Below, in pieces: positions 7,330-16,566 of a stretch of 36,260 nucleotides of DNA. The stretch is from a virus (Duplodnaviria > Caudoviricetes), in the IMG/VR virus record IMGVR_UViG_3300050161_000057, positions 1 to 36,260 of that record; one strand, 5' to 3'. The notes under the pieces are model-generated. The model was given only the letters and a program-made list of their open reading frames with translations. It did not search any database and had not been told where the DNA came from. Made by a program: the position numbers and the translations under genes. Positions within the stretch are counted from its first letter, which is position 1. Each line of letters starts with the position of its first letter.

Positions 7330-9831
7330 ATGATAGACTATAAAACAGCATTATTAAGATCGACAGAGTATTTTGGTGGACAAGAACTACCAGCAAAGGT
7401 TTTTATAGACAAGTATGCACTCAGAGACAACGAAGGAAATCTGGTAGAATCAACACCAGACGACACACACAGAAGGCTCGCCAAAGAGTTTGCGAGAATA
7501 GAAAAAAATAAATTTGAAGACCCCATGACTGAGGATGAAATCTTCGATTTGTTTTATAAATTTAATGCCCTCATCCCTCAAGGATCGCCCATATCAGCAG
7601 TAGGAAACAACTATCAATTCCTATCTACATCAAACTGTTTCGTAATTGATTCGCCCAAAGATAGTTATGGTGGAATCATGTCTACAGATCAAGAACTTGT
7701 ACAGATTTCAAAGAGAAGAGGAGGTATCGGTATTGATCTTAGTAACCTAAGACCTACTGGTAGCCCAACCCTAAACTCAAGCAGAACAAGTACTGGTATC
7801 AAATCATGGATGAATAGATATTCTAATTCCATTAGAGAAGTTGGACAGGGCGGAAGAAGAGGGGCGTTGATGCTAACTCTATCCGTTCACCACCCAGACA
7901 TTCTAACATTCATTACAGCTAAGGATAATGATACAGACGTTACAGGGGCAAATATATCTGTAAGAGTCACAGATGAGTTCCTAAAGGCTGTAGAAGCTAA
8001 TGAAGACTATGAGTTAAGATTCCCAGTAGATGATCCTCATACACCATTCAAGAAGAAGGTGTCTGCTAAAGACATGTGGAATAGAATTATGAAGTGTGCT
8101 TGGTCTAGGGCAGAACCAGGAGTTCTATTCTGGGACAATATCATTTCTGAATCTCCAGCAGATTGCTACGATCATTTCCAAACAATTAGTACAAACCCAT
8201 GTGGGGAAATCACTCTATCGGCAAATGATAGTTGTAGATTATTAGCTATTAACCTATTTGCTTGTGTAGTTGATCCATATACAAATAGAGCTTGGTTTGA
8301 CTGTAGTAAGCTTTATGAACTCGCCCAAAAAGGACAGAGATTGCTTGATGACCTTATTGACCTAGAACTTGAAAAGATTGAACAGATTATTGCTAAAATC
8401 CTTAAAGATCCAGAAGACATGGAAATCAAGAGGGCTGAAATTAATCTATGGGAAAAGGTTAGGGAATCATGCTATAGAGGTAGAAGAACTGGACTTGGTA
8501 TTACTACATTGGGTGATGCTCTCGCTGCTGTTGGATATGTATATGGTTCAGATGACAGTATTGGTTTGGTTGAAGAAATCTATAGAACCCTTAAGTTTGG
8601 TTCTTATAGGGCTTCCGTAGACATGGCTAAAGAACTATCTCCATTTCCAGATTGGGATTGGAAGAAAGAGCAGGACAATCCATTCATCAATAGAATCAAA
8701 GACGAATACCTTGATTTACTTGAAGACAAATGTGTTTGCAGAGTTTGTTTAGATTGCCAACTACATGTCTCTGGTGAAGATCTTTTTAATGATATAAGAC
8801 AGTACGGCAGAAGAAATATCGCTAATCTTACCACAGCACCAACGGGCACTATATCAATGCTTGCGGGAATTTGTGTTAATGGTAAGTGGTATCATAATAC
8901 GAGTTCTGGTATTGAACCTGTATATTCATTATCTTTCACAAGAAGAAAGAAGGGAAATCCTGGCGATAAAGAGTTTAGATCAGACTTCGTAGACCAGTCT
9001 GGCGATCACTGGATGGAATTTACGGTATATCATGCCCCACTTCAAGCTTGGATGGATGTAAATGGCGTTGATGTTATGATAGCTTGCCCATATAGTGGTG
9101 CTACGTCTCCAGAAATCAATTGGGTACAAAGAGTTAAACTACAAGCTACGGCACAGAAGCACGTAGATCACTCTATTAGTTCTACGGTCAATCTTCCTAA
9201 TGATGTAACTCAAGAAGAAGTTGATAAAATCTACAATGCAGCATGGAAAGCTGGATGCAAGGGTATCACTATCTATAGAGACGGATGTAGAACTGGCGTT
9301 CTTATTACAAAGAAGGAAGAAAAGAAAGAAGCTATTTCCAGAACCAATGCTGTTAAGAGACCTAAGAGTCTAAACTCCGACATTCATAAGTTTACTGTAC
9401 AGAAAGAGAAGTTTACTGTTATCGTTGGATTACTCGAAGGTTCCCCATATGAAGTGTTCTGTGTCAAGGGTCACGTTGAGAATGATAAGAAGGGAGAACT
9501 TGTTAAGCTAACTAAGGGTAAGTATGTACTTATTACTAAGGATAGTGAACTAGAACTGTCTGATCTTCTGGATGATGATGCCGAAAATGCCCTAATGAGA
9601 ATGATATCAGCCGCCCTAAGACATGGTGCCGATATCAAATTCGTAGTGGAACAACTACAAAAGACACACGGCGATATGACCAGTATGACAAAAAGTATAG
9701 CTAGAGCCTTGAAGAAATACATCAATGATGGTGAAAAATCAGGGGAAAACTGTACAGAATGCTCAGCTAAACTGATTTATCAGGAAGGTTGTCTTAAGTG
9801 TGAGTCGTGTGGGTATGCTAAATGTGGATAG
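7330..9831 (+). CDS. nrdJ: Class II (adenosylcobalamin-dependent) ribonucleotide reductase
   Basis: SNCFV, TNPCGEI, TAPTGTISM, SSGIEP and GCKGITIYRDG motifs. C-terminal KRPKSL domain with Zn ribbon CTEC...CESCGYAKC. No ATP-cone and no adjacent beta subunit. Confidence 0.92.
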   Translation: MIDYKTALLRSTEYFGGQELPAKVFIDKYALRDNEGNLVESTPDDTHRRLAKEFARIEKNKFEDPMTEDEIFDLFYKFNALIPQGSPISAVGNNYQFLSTSNCFVIDSPKDSYGGIMSTDQELVQISKRRGGIGIDLSNLRPTGSPTLNSSRTSTGIKSWMNRYSNSIREVGQGGRRGALMLTLSVHHPDILTFITAKDNDTDVTGANISVRVTDEFLKAVEANEDYELRFPVDDPHTPFKKKVSAKDMWNRIMKCAWSRAEPGVLFWDNIISESPADCYDHFQTISTNPCGEITLSANDSCRLLAINLFACVVDPYTNRAWFDCSKLYELAQKGQRLLDDLIDLELEKIEQIIAKILKDPEDMEIKRAEINLWEKVRESCYRGRRTGLGITTLGDALAAVGYVYGSDDSIGLVEEIYRTLKFGSYRASVDMAKELSPFPDWDWKKEQDNPFINRIKDEYLDLLEDKCVCRVCLDCQLHVSGEDLFNDIRQYGRRNIANLTTAPTGTISMLAGICVNGKWYHNTSSGIEPVYSLSFTRRKKGNPGDKEFRSDFVDQSGDHWMEFTVYHAPLQAWMDVNGVDVMIACPYSGATSPEINWVQRVKLQATAQKHVDHSISSTVNLPNDVTQEEVDKIYNAAWKAGCKGITIYRDGCRTGVLITKKEEKKEAISRTNAVKRPKSLNSDIHKFTVQKEKFTVIVGLLEGSPYEVFCVKGHVENDKKGELVKLTKGKYVLITKDSELELSDLLDDDAENALMRMISAALRHGADIKFVVEQLQKTHGDMTSMTKSIARALKKYINDGEKSGENCTECSAKLIYQEGCLKCESCGYAKCG

Positions 9832-9839
9832 TGTATAAT
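9831..9839 (+). promoter_or_regulatory. Putative promoter GTGTATAAT
   Basis: Exact copy of the 3472 motif, directly after the nrdJ stop and upstream of small membrane-protein genes. Confidence 0.6.
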
Positions 9840-9885
9840 AGAATGAATTATCTCATCAATCTATACTCTTTCGAGGGTTAAAACC

Positions 9886-10170
9886 ATGTTCTTTATACTC
9901 GCACAGGCGGCAGAAGCAAATCCTTGGTGGCTAACAGCTATCACAGGTTCTGGTGGTGCTTTGATTGTGTTGATGATGTGGGTTAAGAGCCTACTTGATT
10001 CAATAAAGCACAAAGACGAAGAACTCATCAAGATTTCTAAAGAATCCATAACATGTATTACTAAGGTTATTGAAAAACATAACCAAGACAGTCCCTGGAA
10101 AGATAAGGTAGAACATCTTATCTCCGATATTCACAGTACAATCAAAAGAATTGAACAGGGAAGTAAATAA
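9886..10170 (+). CDS. Small single-TM protein with helical tail (holin-like topology)
   Basis: WWLTAITGSGGALIVLMMWV followed by charged helices, with GAGG upstream. Confidence 0.65.
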   Translation: MFFILAQAAEANPWWLTAITGSGGALIVLMMWVKSLLDSIKHKDEELIKISKESITCITKVIEKHNQDSPWKDKVEHLISDIHSTIKRIEQGSK

Positions 10171-10171
10171 C

Positions 10172-10387
10172 ATGGGACTATCTGGACTTTTTTTGGTTCT
10201 ATTCGGTTGGGTACTCGTAGCTTTTTTTACAACTTCCTATCAGAATAAGAGAAGATGGGAAGCTAAGAAGAAAGAGCTTATTGAGCATTGCATTCCTTTA
10301 TGTACTGAAAACACTCCAGGTGTTTGTACAAAGACCTGTACTATAAGTGAAATTCATAAGTACGCAATAGAAAAAATTAGTCAATAA
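10172..10387 (+). CDS. Small TM protein with Cys-rich tail
   Basis: GLFLVLFGWVLVAFF then C-x3-C-x6-C-x3-C. ATG 10172 follows the upstream stop. Confidence 0.65.
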   Translation: MGLSGLFLVLFGWVLVAFFTTSYQNKRRWEAKKKELIEHCIPLCTENTPGVCTKTCTISEIHKYAIEKISQ

Positions 10388-10409
10388 TTTAGCTTTTCCT
10401 TCTTGATCT

Positions 10410-10418
10410 CGCTATAAT
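10410..10418 (+). promoter_or_regulatory. Putative promoter CGCTATAAT
   Basis: Intergenic TATAAT. A similar CGCTATAAC precedes the dnaE N-terminal gene at 20946. Confidence 0.45.
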
Positions 10419-10454
10419 ATCTACGGACAAGAATTCCCTCAAATAGGAAAGTAT

Positions 10455-10811
10455 ATGAAAGTCGCAAAAATACAGGTCAAGTGGGAGAAATCCCCGTCTT
10501 CTGATGTGAATAAATACATCATTATAGTTATTGATGAAAACACCAATACTCCGATGCTTCACAAAGAAGTTTCTTTTGCAGAAAGAGAGTTCACTTTTAT
10601 CTGCCCATCAAACACAAATCTAACAATCACGTTAATAGCTAATAATGGCTATTTTGATAGTGTTCCTGTTTCTACCTCTTTAAATTTAGGAGACCTTATG
10701 ATTCCCGAACCAGTTGGTAATCTTAGCGTAAAAATTCTTGAAGTATTTGACTCAGAAGATTTGGAAGCCGCCCTAGGGGGTGATAACCTTGCGACTCCAA
10801 CAGATGCATAA
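10455..10811 (+). CDS. Fibronectin type III-like single-domain protein
   Basis: VKWEKSPSSDVNKYII...LTITLIANNGYFDS has the FN3 W/Y strand pattern. Confidence 0.6.
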   Translation: MKVAKIQVKWEKSPSSDVNKYIIIVIDENTNTPMLHKEVSFAEREFTFICPSNTNLTITLIANNGYFDSVPVSTSLNLGDLMIPEPVGNLSVKILEVFDSEDLEAALGGDNLATPTDA

Positions 10812-10835
10812 ATTGAACTTACAATATTAACAACC

Positions 10836-10872
10836 AGGGGTGACTAGATTCAATCTAGCCAACCCCTTTTTT
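10836..10872 (+). terminator. Rho-independent terminator
   Basis: Outer stem AGGGGT/ACCCCT, inner stem CTAGAT/ATCTAG, then a T run. Confidence 0.75.
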
Positions 10873-10887
10873 ATTAGGACTTAAAAA

Positions 10888-11406
10888 ATGGACAAAAACA
10901 CATTAATTGCCAACCCAGAATTCTTTAAAAGTGAAGTCGTAATGACAGGCACAGCGAATCTACAACTATATCAATCTGATAATAGGATTCGTATTGTGAT
11001 GGATGAAGGTGCTAAGCTTCCAAGAAAGGCACACAACACAGACGCAGGATACGATCTATGTTCAACAGAAGATTGTGTCATTGGACCACAAGAGAGAATG
11101 TTAGTATCTACTGGTATTCATATGGCGATTCCCGCAGGCTATGCAGGTCTTATTTGGCCTAGATCAGGGCTTTCTGCTAAGAAAGGAATTGATGTATTGG
11201 CTGGAGTTATAGATCATGGATATACAGGGGAAATTAAGGTATGTCTATTAAATACAGGCGATGAAGATTTTGGTGTCTCAGCCGGTGATAAAATAGCACA
11301 AATCCTGATACAAGCGATTTATTGTGTAGAATTAGTAGAGGTAAGCTCTCTAGACGAGAGTGCTAGAGGCAGTAAAGGTTTCGGTAGTTCTGACAACAAA
11401 GAGTAA
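10888..11406 (+). CDS. dut: Trimeric dUTPase
   Basis: All five motifs are present: AGYDL, PRSG, GVIDHGYTGEI, GDKIAQ and RGSKGFGSS. Confidence 0.96.
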   Translation: MDKNTLIANPEFFKSEVVMTGTANLQLYQSDNRIRIVMDEGAKLPRKAHNTDAGYDLCSTEDCVIGPQERMLVSTGIHMAIPAGYAGLIWPRSGLSAKKGIDVLAGVIDHGYTGEIKVCLLNTGDEDFGVSAGDKIAQILIQAIYCVELVEVSSLDESARGSKGFGSSDNKE

Positions 11407-11414
11407 ACAACTAT

Positions 11415-12146
11415 ATGGTTACGAGAAGAAGACAAAAATCTGAACAAGTAAGAAAACAATCACAAAACAGATATGAAGACAAACCAAACTATGAGAATTA
11501 TGCTCCAAAGTTTGTAGAAGCCAAAACGCCCAATCAAAAAACATATATTAAACATCTTAACGAAAAAGATGTTATATTTTGTACAGGGCCGAGTGGAACA
11601 GGTAAAACGTTCCTAGCTTCTGGTATCGCTTGCGAGAAGTTGTACAAGAAAGAAATAAGAAAGATTATAGTCACAAGACCGTTAGTATCGACAGGTAAAG
11701 AAGTTGGTGCATTACCTGGAGGGGTGGGCGAGAAGATTCAGCCTTATCTATTGCCCCTAGAAGATAACTTTAAAAAGTTTCTAAAGCACCAGTATGATAG
11801 AGTGGTAGAATCAGAACTTATTAAATATGAACCTCTTGAACTTATGAGAGGTAGAACCTTCGATCATTCTTTTATGATCTTAGACGAAGCTCAGAACTGT
11901 ACACTTGAGCAAATCAAAATGTTTATTACCAGAATAGGTAAGAACTCAACTGTTGTTATCAACGGAGATACCAAACAGGCAGACTTGTATAATTCAGGTC
12001 TAGGTAAAGTAATCAGAATTTTAGAAAACGTTGGAAGGGCGGGTTTCATTCAGTTTGATTTTTCAGACATTCAAAGAAATGAAATCATTGCAGATATATT
12101 AATGGCTTTTGAAGAAGCCGAGGGAGAAGAAGATGCCAGAAGATAA
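11415..12146 (+). CDS. phoH: PhoH-family ATPase
   Basis: GPSGTGKT, TRP, GALPG, MRGRTF, ILDEAQN and GDTKQAD. Confidence 0.95.
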   Translation: MVTRRRQKSEQVRKQSQNRYEDKPNYENYAPKFVEAKTPNQKTYIKHLNEKDVIFCTGPSGTGKTFLASGIACEKLYKKEIRKIIVTRPLVSTGKEVGALPGGVGEKIQPYLLPLEDNFKKFLKHQYDRVVESELIKYEPLELMRGRTFDHSFMILDEAQNCTLEQIKMFITRIGKNSTVVINGDTKQADLYNSGLGKVIRILENVGRAGFIQFDFSDIQRNEIIADILMAFEEAEGEEDARR

Positions 12147-12696
12147 TTCGATACAAGACATTGCACAAGATGTCACACCAGTAGTTCCGACACCAGTTGA
12201 ACCTGTTGTAGAACCAACTCCAGAACCAGTAGTTGTTCCAGAGCCAGTTGTAGTGCCAGAACCAGCACCAGCACCTGCCCCAGAGCCTGTAGTTGTACCT
12301 GTTCCAGTTCCAGAACCAGTTGTTGTACCAACACCAGTTGTAGTTCCTGAGCCTGTAGTAGTTGCTCCAGCACCAAAAGAAGACTTTGTAGTAATTCCAC
12401 CTGTAGAAGCTATCGTTAACTACGATAAACACGGTGAACCTACAGTTAATCCAAATGATGCGATTGTCGGAAAGAAAGTGACTGCTAATGGTTCAACCAT
12501 TTTTAAGCTTGCTTTTTTCGGTTCCTCGTTGTATAATCCAGTTGGTCCATTTTCGACCAGAGAAAAGGCTATCAAGAATAGCTTTAAGTATCTAGTTGTT
12601 AGCGAAGAAGACTTTAAGAGCTTCCTAGTGTTCCTAGAAACAAGAAATCTTAACATTTACCATTCTATTAATAGAAAGGTGTTAAACAATGTCTAA
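12133..12696 (+). CDS. Hypothetical protein with long Pro/Val/Glu repeat and globular C-domain
   Basis: Repeated VVVPEP-like units. Start at ATG 12133 overlaps the phoH end. Confidence 0.75.
   Translation: MPEDNSIQDIAQDVTPVVPTPVEPVVEPTPEPVVVPEPVVVPEPAPAPAPEPVVVPVPVPEPVVVPTPVVVPEPVVVAPAPKEDFVVIPPVEAIVNYDKHGEPTVNPNDAIVGKKVTANGSTIFKLAFFGSSLYNPVGPFSTREKAIKNSFKYLVVSEEDFKSFLVFLETRNLNIYHSINRKVLNNV
12175..12375 (+). repeat. Degenerate in-frame tandem repeat (about 18-nt unit, e.g. GAACCAGTAGTTGTTCCA = EPVVVP)
   Basis: Multiple imperfect copies are visible in both DNA and protein. Confidence 0.85.
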
Positions 12697-12991
12697 GAAA
12701 GGACCACTAAGTACCGCTGAAAGATTCTATATCGAACAGCAAGCATTTACTATGGAAGTCCCGAATATAGCCCTCGCCCTAGATAGAACTGTATCTCAAG
12801 TCCAAGAGTATAAAAACGATTGGATAGCCAACAAGAGCAGGGCGGGCGGTCAATTTGCTAGACAAAATAATGTTACCCTTATGACAAAGGGTGCATCGGA
12901 AATGGGCGATGAACACAGGAAGACTGTACAAAAGCCTATGGGAAGACCTAATTCAGTAACTACTTGTAAGAAGAAACAAATTGATAGTTAG
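12689..12991 (+). CDS. Small hypothetical protein with HTH-like N-terminus
   Basis: PLSTAERFYIE...NIALALDRTVSQVQEY resembles a helix-turn-helix. Confidence 0.65.
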   Translation: MSKKGPLSTAERFYIEQQAFTMEVPNIALALDRTVSQVQEYKNDWIANKSRAGGQFARQNNVTLMTKGASEMGDEHRKTVQKPMGRPNSVTTCKKKQIDS

Positions 12992-13400
12992 AAATAAAGA
13001 TGAATGGTTGTCTGAGTACAGAAAAGATAAGAAGAAAGTTTGGACTTGGATATACTTAGACGACGAATCATACTATGGATTTAACGAATATAGCGACTGG
13101 TTTGAAATACAATCAGTCGTTATTTCGTCTAATGCCATTCCTACGCATGTAGAACTACAATATAGATCAACATCAATCAATTTTGCCTTAAATGGTTGTG
13201 ATGGTGTTTACTATGTTAGGTCTTTGCTTGGGAAGATTGGCGAAGATGCTATACAGACACTCACGCTAGGTAAAGTGATGGGTGATACTGTTCATAAGAC
13301 TATCTGGATTAAGGATGGTCTTATTGAAAGATATAAAGAGGAAACACCTTTAGAGAAATGCTTTAGTGAGGCAATACTAAAATGGAATCAGAAGACATAG
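12981..13400 (+). CDS. Hypothetical protein
   Basis: 139-aa ORF with TTG start, overlapping both neighbours. Confidence 0.7.
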   Translation: MIVRNKDEWLSEYRKDKKKVWTWIYLDDESYYGFNEYSDWFEIQSVVISSNAIPTHVELQYRSTSINFALNGCDGVYYVRSLLGKIGEDAIQTLTLGKVMGDTVHKTIWIKDGLIERYKEETPLEKCFSEAILKWNQKT

Positions 13401-13582
13401 AATATGCATTAAGAAACTGTCACGGAGATAGAGAAGAAGAACTATATGGTGCAGACAGAGTAGTTGTTGGTGCGTATGTGAAACAAGATCTTAGGATTAA
13501 TTTCTATTACAAACCATCATTCTACAGTAGAATGAAGATGTATTGGTTTTTTGGTTGGGGTTGGGAAGACGTAAAAGCATAA
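13382..13582 (+). CDS. Small hypothetical protein
   Basis: Fills the gap, has GAGG upstream, and ends in an aromatic C-terminus YWFFGWGWED. Confidence 0.6.
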   Translation: MESEDIEYALRNCHGDREEELYGADRVVVGAYVKQDLRINFYYKPSFYSRMKMYWFFGWGWEDVKA

Positions 13583-13593
13583 GGATAGAATTG

Positions 13594-14133
13594 ATGAGTG
13601 ATAAGCCAGACTTATTCAACAGGGATTTCCAAAAAGAGCAATCTGAGAAATACAGATTCAAACACATACATACAGGTGAATACTGTACCTTCGAGGCATA
13701 TGTTGCCGAATATCTAATCTTAAGAAGGGCAGACAAGCTAAATCTAGGGAAACCAGCCTATAAGTTTTGGACTAAGGGCGATCCCAATCATTGGATTTGG
13801 ATGAAGCAAATGAATGCCGCTAGGGCATTAGCTAAAAAGTACAGCGAGGAAGCCGTACTATCTTTGATTAAATCAGACGATTTTAAAAATCTATTAGTTT
13901 TGGGTATTCAAAACGGCAAGGGTAGAGGATGGATGGTAAATCCGTCTGTTGAACCCTTAGTCGAGAAACACCATAAACTTTTTCTACAGAAACAAGAGAA
14001 GGAATCGACCGCTACTATAATACAGGTAATCGAAAATCCTGAAATCAGGAAGGTTAGTAAACCTGGAAAGCAGTCAGTTCTAGACAAATTAAGAGGCAAA
14101 AATGGCAAAGAAGGCAATAGCAACAGCGATTAA
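13594..14133 (+). CDS. Hypothetical protein upstream of recA
   Basis: In-frame ATG 13594 follows AAGGA. Overlaps the recA start. Confidence 0.72.
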   Translation: MSDKPDLFNRDFQKEQSEKYRFKHIHTGEYCTFEAYVAEYLILRRADKLNLGKPAYKFWTKGDPNHWIWMKQMNAARALAKKYSEEAVLSLIKSDDFKNLLVLGIQNGKGRGWMVNPSVEPLVEKHHKLFLQKQEKESTATIIQVIENPEIRKVSKPGKQSVLDKLRGKNGKEGNSNSD

Positions 14134-15274
14134 AGAAGAAAAAGCTTCTAAGAAGAGTAGATTCGGTGATGACAACACAGCGAATCAAATATATGAGAAA
14201 TATGGAGACGTTATCAAAAGAGGTACAGATGTTTTAAGTAATATTAAAAGCCTTAAGGTATTAAGTGTATCACCCCTACTAGATGAGTTGCTTGGTGGAG
14301 GTCTTAGAGAAGGAACTGTGGTTGGTCTAGCTGGACAACCTAAGTGTGGAAAGACTACAAGTATGTTGCACTTTGTAGCTAAGTGCCAGAGAGACTATCC
14401 AGAGAAGAAGATTATCTATCTAAATACAGAGGGAAGACTTAACAGTCAGAACTTCGAAGGTGTTAGAGGTCTTGATCCAGACAGAATGATTATTATTGAG
14501 TCTTCTGAAACAAGAAAGCTTGCGGGCGAAGACTTCCTAACAATTGCATCGCACTACATCACGCTTGAGCCAGGGTCTATCATCATCATTGACTCGTTAT
14601 CAAGTCTTGTACCGAAAGAAGAACTAGAAGGTGCCCTTAACGCTTCAACAAGAAACAAGCTACCAAGACTTTTATCTCAGTTCTTTAAAAAGGAAGGTGG
14701 AAACATCACAAACAACAGAATCATTCTGATTTGTATTGCCCACCAAATTGCAGATACTGGTCCTTCTAGAAGAACCAAGATGACAGACTGTGGTAACATG
14801 CTCCAATACCAAGTTGGAACAAATATAGAAATCACCCATACGGCAAGATGGAATACTTCTACTGGTAAGAAAAAGTCTGGGGATGATGATGAATCAACAG
14901 ATCCAGACTTTGGACAAAGGATTTACTGGAAAGTATTAACTTCTAATCTTGGAGGAATTCCAAATACTACAACAGAAGGTTGGTTAAGATATGGTATTGG
15001 AATCGATGAAGCTAAGGAGGTTTACGAAGTAGCTAAACAACTTGCACTTGTTAAAGTTAATGGTGCTTGGTTCACAATCAAAGCTTTAGCTCAAAATCCA
15101 AACGAACCGTGTGTTAAGAAGTATCTTGATGATAATGGGATTACTGCCAGAGACGAAGAAAGCCTAGAGAAAGCTTTTAAATTCCAGGGCGGGGAGAAGG
15201 TAGAAGCCTTTTTAGATAAGTATCCAGAGTTTGTTGAGTTTCTTAATGACAAGATTAAAGAGCTTTGTGCATGA
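14102..15274 (+). CDS. recA: RecA/UvsX-family recombinase
   Basis: LDELLGGGL, Walker A GQPKCGKT, YLNTE, Walker B IIIIDSLSSLVPKEE, YGIGID and GAWF. Confidence 0.9.
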   Translation: MAKKAIATAIKEEKASKKSRFGDDNTANQIYEKYGDVIKRGTDVLSNIKSLKVLSVSPLLDELLGGGLREGTVVGLAGQPKCGKTTSMLHFVAKCQRDYPEKKIIYLNTEGRLNSQNFEGVRGLDPDRMIIIESSETRKLAGEDFLTIASHYITLEPGSIIIIDSLSSLVPKEELEGALNASTRNKLPRLLSQFFKKEGGNITNNRIILICIAHQIADTGPSRRTKMTDCGNMLQYQVGTNIEITHTARWNTSTGKKKSGDDDESTDPDFGQRIYWKVLTSNLGGIPNTTTEGWLRYGIGIDEAKEVYEVAKQLALVKVNGAWFTIKALAQNPNEPCVKKYLDDNGITARDEESLEKAFKFQGGEKVEAFLDKYPEFVEFLNDKIKELCA

Positions 15275-15681
15275 AAGTCGTAGGACTAGATGGTAGACAA
15301 TATAACTGGAATCTTCAAAGCTATAGTGTCTTAGATGACTCTACTAGACCTAGATCAAAGTATCATAAACTTGCTAGGTCTATTATTAGGGAAATCTTTG
15401 GTACTTGTATTATTCTTGAAGAACCAGGAATGCCAGGAAGTGGCAGAAATATGCTCTACCTGGATTTTTTTATTCCCTATTTAAACTTAGCGGTCGAGGT
15501 TCACGGTGAACAGCACTATAACTTCATACCATTCTTTCACGAAAACCAAAAGGCTTTTCTGAAAGCACAGTTTAGAGACAGTCAGAAAGCGGAATGGTGC
15601 GAGAACAACAATATAGATTTAGTTGTCCTTAAGTATTCCGATAGTGAAGAACAATGGAGAGAACAACTTGTTAAACGCTAG
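15271..15681 (+). CDS. Vsr/DUF559-like PD-(D/E)XK endonuclease
   Basis: YLDFFIP...AVEVHGEQHY...RDSQKAEWCENNNIDLV. ATGA overlap with recA. Confidence 0.8.
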   Translation: MKVVGLDGRQYNWNLQSYSVLDDSTRPRSKYHKLARSIIREIFGTCIILEEPGMPGSGRNMLYLDFFIPYLNLAVEVHGEQHYNFIPFFHENQKAFLKAQFRDSQKAEWCENNNIDLVVLKYSDSEEQWREQLVKR

Positions 15682-16132
15682 TGATACACTAAAAGAATTT
15701 GAGAAGAGTATAGATGAATATCTCGCCTCATCTAACATATGCTTTTCTTCATACAAAGAAGAGTATGCATTCTATTCAGACATGGAGCTATCAGACTTAG
15801 CTAATAAGTCAAGGGCCGAATTGTTAGATATAGCTTATATGTTACAGGGTTACGCCTCATACATACAAGATGAAATTAACAGGAATATAGCGATTCTAAA
15901 CTGGTGCAATAACCTGCTAGATGAATTACTTGTTAAGTTCGAAAGAGAAAACGCCTTTGATAAGTATACAAAGTTTGAAATGAAGAGAACGATTATGGTC
16001 TCAGATCATAGCTTTGCGAAGGTGATAGAAGAAGTCAGAAAAGACTCTAGCATGAAAGTAACATTGCTTGAGGGCAAAGTTTTTCAGGTTAAGAAAATGT
16101 CGGATATCATATTGGAGAAATCAAGATTATGA
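15668..16132 (+). CDS. Helical hypothetical protein, possibly UvsY-like mediator
   Basis: TTG 15668 follows GGAGAG. The protein is all-helical and lies between recA and the helicase. The function is inference only. Confidence 0.6.
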   Translation: MLNASDTLKEFEKSIDEYLASSNICFSSYKEEYAFYSDMELSDLANKSRAELLDIAYMLQGYASYIQDEINRNIAILNWCNNLLDELLVKFERENAFDKYTKFEMKRTIMVSDHSFAKVIEEVRKDSSMKVTLLEGKVFQVKKMSDIILEKSRL

Positions 16133-16566
16133 GTGATGCAGTAGCACTATTAGCTAAGATGACAGCGGGTCTGTCGGATGTAGAAAAGAGACAGTTAGCA
16201 CAACTATTGATTGGTAATGATAAACCACATCAGGTTGATGCAAAACTAGAAAGATCAGTACCTAACCTTCCTGTTAAGATGCCTCCTAAAAAGACAACCA
16301 TTACAGAAGACTTTAGAGTTATCAAGGATGAACCGTCAACACATAAAACGCCTGTAAGGGCTGGTAAGAATACATTCGTTGATGAGGGCGAAGGTAGAGA
16401 CGAAGATGATGTTAAGTTAGCATATCTTCCTAAGAGTCCAACAGCGAAAAGACCTCCTGTTGAATTCGTTGATGTAATCTGCGATAGATGTAGAAAGACA
16501 AAGAGTGTTTCTCCTAGTTTGGCAACCAATTATTACATTTGTGAAAAGTGTGCAGGCGGAAGATAA
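16129..16566 (+). CDS. Hypothetical protein with C-terminal Zn ribbon
   Basis: CDRC...CEKC at the C-terminus, coupled to both neighbours. Confidence 0.72.
   Translation: MSDAVALLAKMTAGLSDVEKRQLAQLLIGNDKPHQVDAKLERSVPNLPVKMPPKKTTITEDFRVIKDEPSTHKTPVRAGKNTFVDEGEGRDEDDVKLAYLPKSPTAKRPPVEFVDVICDRCRKTKSVSPSLATNYYICEKCAGGR

Noticed and set aside
7330-9831. Class I RNR alpha subunit, or an intein in the RNR
   Set aside because: No C-terminal tyrosine pair or beta gene, the class II C-terminal domain is present, and the length leaves no room for an intein.
9843-9881. 12-codon ORF MNYLINLYSFEG upstream of 9886
   Set aside because: The ATG is only 3 nt after TATAAT, probably upstream of the transcription start, and nothing else supports it.
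12085-12432. Minus-strand N/W/Y-rich and L/V/Q-rich ORFs
   Set aside because: Antisense shadows of the EPVVVP repeat.
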